From positions 1 through 35,993 of IMG/VR virus record IMGVR_UViG_2585427748_000014: 35,993 nucleotides of DNA; one strand, 5' to 3'. Of the stretch, positions 1 to 7,332 are shown in pieces. Below the pieces are notes generated by a model. The model ran no database searches and had not been told where the DNA came from. It saw only the letters and a program-made list of their open reading frames with translations. Both the position numbers and the translations under genes were made by a program. The stretch comes from a virus (taxonomy: Duplodnaviria > Heunggongvirae > Uroviricota > Caudoviricetes). Every line of letters starts with the position of its first letter. Within the stretch, counting starts at the first letter, position 1.

Positions 1-366
1 CAGAGCAGAGAACGGTGCTGTCTTTTTCAGTTTGAGTGTGGCGGTGTTATCTGCGTGACCTGGTTCACCAATAGTACCCAGGTTAAGCACACTGACGGCA
101 CGCATATTATCGGCATCGATAAAGCAGCGGGTGCCTTCATCTGCAAGATCTTTAGAATAACGGGTAAAGTCATCGATGCTGGCAGTGGAAAGCGCACCAC
201 GGAAACGGAAGCGATTTAAATTAAATTTTTCCAGATCATGAATGCGGAAATTCTCAGGCAATGCCACAGCATCGGCACCAATCTTACTGATAATTTCATT
301 AACACCCTGAGCAGAAATAAGGGCATGGATTTGATTAATTGCGGTTGCGTCTAAGTTCTGAGACAT
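1..366 (-). CDS. YfdQ-like prophage protein (DUF2303-like), N-terminal part; C-terminus lies beyond the window edge
   Basis: Minus-strand ORF starting at ATG 364-366 ([12 protein letters not shown]...) with GAGGA 6 nt upstream; resembles CPS-53 YfdQ-type proteins from memory. Confidence 0.5.
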   Translation of the reverse strand, partial: MSQNLDATAINQIHALISAQGVNEIISKIGADAVALPENFRIHDLEKFNLNRFRFRGALSTASIDDFTRYSKDLADEGTRCFIDADNMRAVSVLNLGTIGEPGHADNTATLKLKKTAPFSAL

Positions 367-431
367 AATAAGTCCTCACTATATAAAGATATTCAGTGAT
401 GAGATAAATAATCGGTTAATTAAGAACGATA

Positions 432-794
432 TTAATGACCTGCTGCGCGGAGTTTTCCGTCAGGTTCACCGGCAAGAGTCAGTAATTGTCCCTGGTCTTC
501 CTGCAGAATAGTCAGGCGACCACCGCGATTGACATACATCGGCGTTTCGGTGGTGTCTTCTTCGGAAATTTTCCCGCGGTTAGTCGGGCGAACATATGAG
601 AGTTTGTGTTTGATTTTCACACGGTTCTCATCAAATGGTTCGATTTCCAGGTTGAGTGAGACCTTACCTTTGGTTTTCGTGTTCATCACACCGGAAGCGA
701 CTTCACTGAGAACTGCGCCGATTTTGGTTTCAAATACGCCGCCGTCCAGCTCCCCAATAAATGCCTGCACATCAGTACTGCGTTCGCTAGCCAT
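432..794 (-). CDS. YfdP-like prophage protein (about 120 aa)
   Basis: ATG at 792-794 preceded by AGGAG with a 7-nt spacer; the longer ORF-track N-terminal extension looks like non-coding translation. Confidence 0.5.
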   Translation of the reverse strand: MASERSTDVQAFIGELDGGVFETKIGAVLSEVASGVMNTKTKGKVSLNLEIEPFDENRVKIKHKLSYVRPTNRGKISEEDTTETPMYVNRGGRLTILQEDQGQLLTLAGEPDGKLRAAGH

Positions 795-1232
795 TTTTCT
801 GCTCCTAATCATATCGACCCTGCAAGGTCGGTTGGTTTCTCCACAAAACAGAGAAGAACACCTGCGGTGGCAGCCGCCCGGATGGATTGGGTTATGAGCC
901 CGTCGTCCGGTGATGTTCTTCTCTGTTTTGTAAAAAGAGCGGTACCAGCCGGAAGCAAGTGTACAAACTGGTACCGCGAGGACTACACACAGCATAAAGT
1001 TGTGGTGCCGGGTGCCTCCCGGTGCCTGGCGAAAGTTGCACACCAGGCGGGTGGGTATCCACAGAAGGTCGACTGTCAGCCTCAACCTTAACCCGCGTGC
1101 GCTGAGCCGCATTCACCACAACGCTAAGGATTCTCTCTGGTTGAAAATACTTAGCTGTTATGTGCCTGTCTTTTCACCACTTCAGGCTCGGTGGTATCTT
1201 GGTGTTTTCATATAGCCAAGAAGGAAATAGTT

Positions 1233-1424
1233 ATGACCAAAGAAGAAAAAATTCTTTATTTATTCCAACTATCGGTTAAGACTCACACTGCATATCAGAC
1301 TGCTGCCATGACATCAGATAAAAATTACAGTACGTCAGAAAACCCGATAGACGACATAAGCAAGCTTTACGATAAGTTCGAAGCACTACTCGATAAAAAG
1401 TTTGCTGAGGCTGGGCTTGAGTGA
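1233..1424 (+). CDS. Small hypothetical protein (63 aa), A+T-rich
   Basis: ATG at 1233 with AAGGA 7 nt upstream; its 3' end overlaps a convergent small ORF. Confidence 0.3.
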   Translation: MTKEEKILYLFQLSVKTHTAYQTAAMTSDKNYSTSENPIDDISKLYDKFEALLDKKFAEAGLE

Positions 1425-1562
1425 TTGTTGAATAATCGACAAAACCCAACTTAAATTTTCGTCAGTGGGCTCGATGCCATGTGCGGTGAGCTCACTTTTC
1501 AAAACTCCAAGCAATTCAGAGCTGATTTTCAATATATCTGCTTGATTTCTAACTATTCCCAC
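1386..1562 (-). CDS. Small hypothetical protein (about 59 aa from GTG 1562; 68 aa if from ATG 1592), same strand as cI
   Basis: AGGGAGGA sits 5 nt upstream of GTG 1560-1562; N-terminus has basic residues (MTARRPREEK). Confidence 0.3.
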   Translation of the reverse strand: MGIVRNQADILKISSELLGVLKSELTAHGIEPTDENLSWVLSIIQQSLKPSLSKLFIE

Positions 1563-1775
1563 TTTTTCCTCCCTTGGTCTACGCGCGGTCATGTTTTACG
1601 CCCAAACGACTTCACAGTTATTGTTTAAAATCTGGACTTTCATTTCATACACCTGCTTTAACATGAGTGCCTAGTGGCACAACATGACTCAACGAATCAT
1701 CCTGGACTTCATATGCCCCAGGCGGCTACTTCGTGGGCGTCCTGCCTGTTCGTTATCTTTGATATAAAATCTAAC

Positions 1776-1839
1776 TTAACTTAGTTATTATGGCAAGAGA
1801 AAACACCAAACTTTTCTTAGTTCGGTGCCTTAGTTAGAG
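1776..1839. promoter_or_regulatory. OL-like operator cluster: three CTTAGTT motifs (1780-1786, 1816-1822, 1829-1835) just beyond the cI stop
   Basis: Same 7-mer as in the cI-cro intergenic sites, clustered on the other side of cI. Confidence 0.45.
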
Positions 1840-1849
1840 AAGAGAGGTC

Positions 1850-2476
1850 TTAGAGTTCGTATTGAACTCCTTTGACTACACCAATGATAAGGCAATTACC
1901 ATTGATAGGGATGTTGGGATACCGAGGATTTAATGGCACTAAAAACTTTTGAGGGCCATCGATGACTAATTTTTTTACTGTAGCTTCGTTTGTTCCATCA
2001 AGTCGAGCGATGACTATTTTTCCATGACGAGGTTCTGCATCTGGATCTACAATCACTGTTGCGCCTTCTGGTATTGTTGGGAGGCCATTAGGGTTAGTCA
2101 TGGAGTCACCTTTAACCTCTAATGCAAATGAGTTATCACCAATCTTTAATGATGTATCTACCCACTTGTCCACTTCACTAAACACTTCTGCTGCCCTGCA
2201 CTCAGTAAACTGCCCAGCCTGAACCCACGATATTACAGGAACTCTGCGCATGTTTGTGACGAGTTTGCCTTCAAACTCAGCACCATAAAGAATGTAATCT
2301 ATTGACGTATTGAAGAACTTCGCTAATTTCGAAAGTGCCTCCCCACCAGGGGTATTGATGTCTTTCTCCCAGTACCCCACAGCAACGTCGCTTACTCCAC
2401 AAAATTTACCCAATTCTTTCTGGGACGTTCCGGTAACTCTTCTCAGAGCTTTTATACGCTGACCAACCGTTTCCAT
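1850..2476 (-). CDS. cI: Prophage repressor, cI/LexA-like (N-terminal XRE-type HTH plus C-terminal S24 peptidase domain)
   Basis: 208-aa ORF; HTH segment QKELGKFCGVSDVAVGYWEK; C-terminal GDSM...KKLV consistent with a Ser-Lys autocleavage dyad; divergent from the Cro-like gene; no Shine-Dalgarno, consistent with a leaderless message. Confidence 0.9.
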   Translation of the reverse strand: METVGQRIKALRRVTGTSQKELGKFCGVSDVAVGYWEKDINTPGGEALSKLAKFFNTSIDYILYGAEFEGKLVTNMRRVPVISWVQAGQFTECRAAEVFSEVDKWVDTSLKIGDNSFALEVKGDSMTNPNGLPTIPEGATVIVDPDAEPRHGKIVIARLDGTNEATVKKLVIDGPQKFLVPLNPRYPNIPINGNCLIIGVVKGVQYEL

Positions 2477-2498
2477 AGGAGCACCATTTCTTGAATTG

Positions 2499-2562
2499 CT
2501 AAGTAATCTTAGTTTTTATTGACCAAAGATAGATTTGTAATTAGCATCTAATAAAACTTAGT
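2499..2562. promoter_or_regulatory. OR-like operator/promoter region between cI and cro: two 14-bp sites (2499-2512 CTAAGTAATCTTAG; 2548-2561 CTAATAAAACTTAG) and a candidate PR (-35 TTGACC 2519-2524, 17-bp spacer, -10 TAGCAT 2542-2547)
   Basis: Inverted-repeat sites carrying the shared CTTAGTT motif flank a sigma70-like promoter in the divergent intergenic region. Confidence 0.55.
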
Positions 2563-2573
2563 TTGGAGGGCGT

Positions 2574-2774
2574 ATGACAACTGACGATATCGAAAGCTAC
2601 TTCGGCAGTATTGAGAAAGTTGCTGCTTTTTTCGGCATAACAACTGAAGCCGTTTATCAGTGGCGAAACCGTCCGGGCCAGTTAATTCCAAAAGGACGTG
2701 CAGCAGAAGCTGCATATAGAACTTGCGGACGGTTGCCATTTAAACCTGAGCTTTATGAAAAATCTAATGGATAA
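2574..2774 (+). CDS. cro: Cro-like DNA-binding regulator (Cro/YdaS-type HTH)
   Basis: 66-aa ORF divergent from cI; GGAGG 4 nt upstream; HTH-like segment VAAFFGITTEAVYQWRNR. Confidence 0.75.
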   Translation: MTTDDIESYFGSIEKVAAFFGITTEAVYQWRNRPGQLIPKGRAAEAAYRTCGRLPFKPELYEKSNG

Positions 2775-3363
2775 ATCGATTAACAGAAACCACAGAACGA
2801 TGAGGCTAACCGTGGGTAAGCATCACTGGAAAGTAGAAAAACAGCCTGAGTGGTACGTGAAAGCTGTCAGAAAAACTATCGCAGCGTTGCCGGGTGGTTA
2901 CGCTGAAGCAGCTGACTGGCTGGATGTAACAGAAAACGCATTATTTAACCGTCTTCGTGCCGATGGCGATCAGATTTTCCCGCTGGGATGGGCAATGATT
3001 TTGCAACGTGCTGGTGGAACTCACTTCATTGCTGACGCTGTGGCGCAGTCTGCAAATGGCGTCTTTGTGTCTCTTCCTGACGTCGAGGATGTGGACAACG
3101 CCGATATTAACCAGCGCCTGCTGGAAGTCATTGAACAGATTGGCAGTTATTCCAGACAGATTCGTTCGGCAATCGAAGACGGTGTGGTGGAACCGCATGA
3201 GAAGACAGCAATTAACGACGAGCTGTATCTCTCAATTTCGAAGCTGCAGGAGCATGCAGCACTGGTCTACAAAATCTTTTGCATTTCAGAAAGTAATGAC
3301 GCCCGCGAGTGTGCAGCTCCGGGCGCCGTGGCGTGTCGTGACTGTGGAGAAACTAACGCATGA
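2755..3363 (+). CDS. Hypothetical early regulatory protein (possibly YdaT/CII-like); start uncertain (2755, 2767 or 2800)
   Basis: Long ORF immediately after cro; no strong Shine-Dalgarno, so translational coupling is possible. Confidence 0.45.
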   Translation: MKNLMDKSINRNHRTMRLTVGKHHWKVEKQPEWYVKAVRKTIAALPGGYAEAADWLDVTENALFNRLRADGDQIFPLGWAMILQRAGGTHFIADAVAQSANGVFVSLPDVEDVDNADINQRLLEVIEQIGSYSRQIRSAIEDGVVEPHEKTAINDELYLSISKLQEHAALVYKIFCISESNDARECAAPGAVACRDCGETNA

Positions 3364-3698
3364 ACAGTTTAACAACACACTACCGTCGCTCGCAACTGAT
3401 TGCGCTTCCTGTACCGGGTGGAAAAGCGAAGGTGGAGTATTGCTATGCAGTTAATGTACCAGGTGACAGGGAAATTGTAACCCACAGCTTTGCTGAGTGG
3501 GCTGTGGGTGATTTCAACCGGCAGAAGGAGACAGTCCTTTGCGACAAGTTAACCGCTGGTTCAAAGATCACTACGGAGTGCCCGTCAGAGTCATTCGTTG
3601 GGAGCCGGAAACACAACGAGTTATCTACCTCCGCGAAGGCTATGAGCATGAGTGCTTCAGCCCGCTCGAACAGTTTCGTCGTAAATTCAGGGAAATAG
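3360..3698 (+). CDS. Hypothetical protein; its 3' half may be mis-framed (see finding on the alternative frame 3539..3718)
   Basis: ATG overlaps the upstream stop (ATGA); the C-terminal half is Ser-rich and low-complexity, while an overlapping frame encodes a more protein-like sequence. Confidence 0.35.
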   Translation: MNSLTTHYRRSQLIALPVPGGKAKVEYCYAVNVPGDREIVTHSFAEWAVGDFNRQKETVLCDKLTAGSKITTECPSESFVGSRKHNELSTSAKAMSMSASARSNSFVVNSGK

Positions 3699-3707
3699 AG
3701 GTCGGTC

Positions 3708-4649
3708 ATGAGCACTAAATTAACCGGCTATGTATGGGATGGTTGCGCTGCATCAGGCATGAAATTATCCAGCGTGGCAATTATGGCCCGCCTGGCTGAT
3801 TTCAGTAATGACGAAGGTGTGTGCTGGCCATCAATTGAAACTATTGCCCGTCAGATTGGCGCGGGGATGAGTACCGTCAGGACGGCTATCGCACGGCTGG
3901 AAGCAGAAGGCTGGTTAACACGTAAGGCGCGTCGCCAGGGTAACCGCAATGCGTCGAATGTTTATCAGCTTAACGTTGCGAAGCTTCAGGCAGCGGCATT
4001 TTCTCAACTGTCAGATTCTGACCCGTCAAAATCTGACGCATCAAAATCTGACCCGTCAAAATTTGATGCGTCGAAATCTGGCAAAAAAGCGGGTTTTCAC
4101 CCGTCAGAATCTGGCGGGGATCCGTCAGTAAAATCAAAACATGATCCGTCAGATAAAAAACCTTCTCGTCCGGACGCTTCGCAACCGGACACGCAGACGG
4201 ATGAACAGGATTTTTTAACTCGCCATCCTGATGCGGTTGTATTCAGCCCTAAAAAGCGCCAGTGGGGAACGCAGGATGATTTGACCTGCGCACAGTGGCT
4301 CTGGAAAAAAATCATCGCCCTGTACGAGCAAGCCGCCGAATGTGACGGCGAGGTGGTTCGTCCCAAAGAACCGAACTGGACAGCCTGGGCAAACGAAATT
4401 CGCCTGATGTGTGTGCAGGATGGTCGTACTCACAAACAAATCTGCGAGATGTACAGCCGCGTCAGCCGCGATCCGTTCTGGTGCCGTAACGTGCTCAGCC
4501 CGTCGAAGTTGCGGGAAAAATGGGATGAGCTTTCCCTGCGCTTATCACCGTCCGTCAGCACGTACACCGAAAAACGCGAAGACCCGTACTTCAAAGCCAG
4601 TTACGACAACGTGGACTACAGCCAGATCCCGGCAGGATTCAGGGGGTGA
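3708..4649 (+). CDS. Replication initiation protein, O-like (N-terminal wHTH; internal linker encoded by iterons)
   Basis: AGAGG 6 nt upstream of ATG; N-terminal HTH segment; tandem 15-bp repeats inside the gene, as for lambda O/ori. Confidence 0.7.
   Translation: MSTKLTGYVWDGCAASGMKLSSVAIMARLADFSNDEGVCWPSIETIARQIGAGMSTVRTAIARLEAEGWLTRKARRQGNRNASNVYQLNVAKLQAAAFSQLSDSDPSKSDASKSDPSKFDASKSGKKAGFHPSESGGDPSVKSKHDPSDKKPSRPDASQPDTQTDEQDFLTRHPDAVVFSPKKRQWGTQDDLTCAQWLWKKIIALYEQAAECDGEVVRPKEPNWTAWANEIRLMCVQDGRTHKQICEMYSRVSRDPFWCRNVLSPSKLREKWDELSLRLSPSVSTYTEKREDPYFKASYDNVDYSQIPAGFRG
4009..4160. repeat. Iteron array (candidate ori): five tandem 15-bp repeats (consensus about CCGTCAAAATCTGAC, 4009-4082) plus three degenerate copies (4101-4115, 4122-4136, 4146-4160), ending in an A-rich tract
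   Basis: Direct tandem repeats read from the sequence; they lie inside the O-like gene. Confidence 0.75.
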
Positions 4650-4651
4650 TC

Positions 4652-5140
4652 ATGAGTCTTTTGAATGACGTTCAGAAATTCATTGAAGCCCATCCGGGGT
4701 GTACTTCCGGAGACATTGCAGATGCTTTTGCTGGTTACTCACGGCAGCGCGTTCTGCAGTCAGCAAGCAAGTTACGTCAGAGTGGGCGTGTGGCTCACCG
4801 TTGTGAAGGGGATACACGCAGACATTTCCCGCGCCTGACTGAGAGAGCGCAGGAGCCGGAACCACAACCAGTTCGTGAAACCAGACCTGTGCGCAATTTC
4901 TATGTCGGCACTAACGACCCCCGGGTGATTTTGTGCCTGACCCGCCAGGCTGAAGAACTGGAGTCCAGGGGCTTATTCCGTCGAGCTGCAACGGTGTGGA
5001 TGGAGGCATTCCGTGAAAGCCACTCCCAGCCAGAACGAAACAATTTTCTGGCGCATCGTGAGCGGTGCTTACGGAAAAGCAGCAAGCGCGCTGCATCGGG
5101 TGAAGAGTGGTATCTGTCAGGGAATTACGTGGGGGCTTAA
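4652..5140 (+). CDS. PerC-family-like transcriptional regulator (C-terminal PerC/Pch-like motif)
   Basis: AGGGGG 5 nt upstream of ATG 4652; C-terminal motif EELESRGLFRRAATVWMEAF resembles the PerC/Pch signature. Confidence 0.45.
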   Translation: MSLLNDVQKFIEAHPGCTSGDIADAFAGYSRQRVLQSASKLRQSGRVAHRCEGDTRRHFPRLTERAQEPEPQPVRETRPVRNFYVGTNDPRVILCLTRQAEELESRGLFRRAATVWMEAFRESHSQPERNNFLAHRERCLRKSSKRAASGEEWYLSGNYVGA

Positions 5141-5793
5141 TGAGTAATAAATATTGCCAGGCGCTGGTGGAGCTGCGAAACAAACCAGCCCATGAACTGA
5201 AGGAAGTGGGCGATCAGTGGCGCACGCCGGACAACATTTTCTGGGGAATTAACACCCTGTTTGGCCCGTTTGTTCTGGATCTGTTCACTGATGGTGATAA
5301 CGCCAAATGTGCCGCTTATTACACTGCGGAAGACAACGCGCTGGCGCATGACTGGTCTGAACGTCTTGCGGAGCTTAAAGGTGCTGCCTTTGGTAATCCC
5401 CCGTACAGCCGCGCCAGTCAGCATGAGGGGCAATACATCACCGGCATGCGTTACATCATGAAACATGCCAGTGCTATGCGTGATAAAGGCGGGCGCTATG
5501 TTTTCCTGATCAAAGCTGCCACCAGCGAAGTTTGGTGGCCGGAAGATGCAGACCATATTGCTTTTATTCGCGGGCGTATTGGTTTTGAACTGCCAGCCTG
5601 GTTTATCCCGAAGGATGAGAAGCAGGTTCCGACAGGAGCTTTCTTCGCTGGTGCTATTGCTGTTTTCGACAAGACCTGGAAGGGACCGGCAATCAGCTAC
5701 ATCGGGCGCGATGAACTTGAGGCATGTGGTGAGGCCTTTCTGGCGCAGGTTCGCCAGCAGGCAGAAAAACTGGTCAGGGAGATGGTGGCATGA
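5140..5793 (+). CDS. Phage DNA N-6-adenine methyltransferase (Dam-like)
   Basis: NPPY motif (GNPPYS); start overlaps the upstream stop (TAATG); GGGGG Shine-Dalgarno. Confidence 0.8.
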   Translation: MSNKYCQALVELRNKPAHELKEVGDQWRTPDNIFWGINTLFGPFVLDLFTDGDNAKCAAYYTAEDNALAHDWSERLAELKGAAFGNPPYSRASQHEGQYITGMRYIMKHASAMRDKGGRYVFLIKAATSEVWWPEDADHIAFIRGRIGFELPAWFIPKDEKQVPTGAFFAGAIAVFDKTWKGPAISYIGRDELEACGEAFLAQVRQQAEKLVREMVA

Positions 5794-6116
5794 CGACGTT
5801 AACTCAATGCCAGCAGCAGGTGCTGGATATGCTGATTTCTTATCAGAAAGAACGTGGCTTCCCGCCAACCAATCAGGAGGTGGCAACCATGCTGGGATAC
5901 CGTTCAGTGAATGCAGCGGTAGAACATCTTCGCGCACTGGAGAAAAAAGGCGTCATCACGATAAAGCGTGGCGTGGCCCGGGGCATCACGCTTCATACCG
6001 CGGTGAAGGACGACGACAGCGAGGCGGTCGGGATTATCCGCTCACTGCTTGTCGGTGAGGAAAACGCCAGGCTGCGTGCAGCCCACTGGTTACATGAGAG
6101 GGGCCTGAAAGTATGA
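5790..6116 (+). CDS. LexA DNA-binding-domain-like protein (no peptidase domain)
   Basis: 108 aa resembling the LexA N-terminal wHTH (QQQVLDMLISYQKERGFPPTNQEVATMLGYRSVNAAVEHLRALEKKGVI); ATGA overlap with Dam. Confidence 0.6.
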   Translation: MTTLTQCQQQVLDMLISYQKERGFPPTNQEVATMLGYRSVNAAVEHLRALEKKGVITIKRGVARGITLHTAVKDDDSEAVGIIRSLLVGEENARLRAAHWLHERGLKV

Positions 6117-6502
6117 AGCTGATCCTGCCTTTCCCGCCCAGCGTGAACACGTACTGGCGACACCCCAACAAAGGGGCGTTTGCAGGTAAGAGCCTGATAA
6201 GCGCGGCGGGGCGCAAATTCCAGAGCGCGGCGTGTGCAGCAATAGTTGAGCAGTTACGTCGTCTGCCAAAACCAACGTCGGCACCTGCTTCAGTGGAGAT
6301 CGTGTTGTTTCCTCCGGATAACCGGATCCGCGATCTGGACAACTATAACAAGGCGCTGTTTGACGCCCTGACCCACGCGGGTGTGTGGGAAGACGACAGT
6401 CAGGTGAAAAGAATGCTGGTTGAGTGGGGATCGGTTATCCCGGGAGGGAAGGTCGAGATCACTATCAGTAAGTACGAGAAAACGGCGGGTGCAGCCGCCT
6501 GA
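6113..6502 (+). CDS. rusA: RusA Holliday-junction resolvase
   Basis: 129 aa; motifs PPSVNTYWR and RDLDNYNKALFDALTHAGVWEDDSQV match the RusA family. Confidence 0.85.
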   Translation: MKLILPFPPSVNTYWRHPNKGAFAGKSLISAAGRKFQSAACAAIVEQLRRLPKPTSAPASVEIVLFPPDNRIRDLDNYNKALFDALTHAGVWEDDSQVKRMLVEWGSVIPGGKVEITISKYEKTAGAAA

Positions 6503-6521
6503 TTAAGAGGAGAAACGAAGT

Positions 6522-7331
6522 ATGAATAATCTGATGGTCATTGATGGTATTGAAGTTCGTCGTGATGCTTATGGGCGTTACAGCCTGAACGATCTGCACA
6601 GGGCAGCCGGGGGAGAACAAAAAAACCGCCCGAAATACTGGCTCTCCAATAAGCAAACCTGTGAATTGATTGAACAACTTTTCACCGAGGGTGGAATTCC
6701 GCCTCTGGAACAAAATCAACCAGTTAGCGTCATTAATGGCGGAAATAACCAGGGGACGTATGTCTGCAAAGAACTGGTGTATGCCTATGCAATGTGGATC
6801 AGCCCGTCATTCCATCTGAAGGTGATCCGTACTTTCGATATGGTAACCAGCGCACCGGAAAAATTATCCGGGCAGGCTGCTGACAAGATGCAGGCTGGAG
6901 TGATTCTGCTGGACTTTATGCGCAGGGAGTTAAACCTGTCTAACTCTTCAGTGCTTGGGGCCTGTCAGAAACTCCAGGAGGCTGTTGGCTTACCGAATCT
7001 GGCACCGCGCTATGCCATTGATGCTCCTGCTGACGCGCCTGATGGCTCAAGCCGCCCCACGCTGTCACTGAGTGCACTGCTGAAGCAGTATGGTATCCGC
7101 CTGACAGCTAATCAGGCATATCATCAGATGGTGAAGCTGGGGATCGTCGAGCAGCGCGAACGATACAGCCGTACCGCGATTAACAACATCAAAAAATTCT
7201 GGTCGCTGACGGCGAAAGGCTGCATGTTCGGCAAGAACATCACCAGTCCTGCAAATCCGCGCGAGACGCAGCCGCATTTCTTCGAATCCCGATTCCCTGA
7301 GCTGTTAAAGCTGCTCGATACCGTTCATTGA
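6522..7331 (+). CDS. KilA-N domain protein (antirepressor-like)
   Basis: GAGGAG Shine-Dalgarno; N-terminal KilA-N-like segment (VIDGIEVRRDAYGRYSLNDLHRAAG). Confidence 0.7.
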   Translation: MNNLMVIDGIEVRRDAYGRYSLNDLHRAAGGEQKNRPKYWLSNKQTCELIEQLFTEGGIPPLEQNQPVSVINGGNNQGTYVCKELVYAYAMWISPSFHLKVIRTFDMVTSAPEKLSGQAADKMQAGVILLDFMRRELNLSNSSVLGACQKLQEAVGLPNLAPRYAIDAPADAPDGSSRPTLSLSALLKQYGIRLTANQAYHQMVKLGIVEQRERYSRTAINNIKKFWSLTAKGCMFGKNITSPANPRETQPHFFESRFPELLKLLDTVH

Positions 7332-7332
7332 G

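Noticed and set aside
867-1215. Three overlapping ORFs (867-1091 +, 892-1119 -, 1000-1215 +) in the GC-rich leader
   Set aside because: Mutually overlapping with Arg/Pro-rich translations and no ribosome-binding sites; the region is more likely non-coding or structured RNA.
1386-1592. N-like antiterminator call for the small minus-strand ORF downstream of cI
   Set aside because: It has only a short basic stretch (ARRPREEK), is shorter than typical N proteins, and I found no convincing boxA/boxB nut site, so it stays as a hypothetical.
2698-2754. Extended N-terminus of the post-cro gene from the ORF-track start at 2698
   Set aside because: That start lies inside cro in another frame and has no ribosome-binding site; a start near the cro stop is more plausible.
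5137-5937. 266-aa minus-strand ORF antisense to the Dam and LexA-like genes
   Set aside because: Overlaps confidently assigned + strand genes; no start context; antisense artefact.
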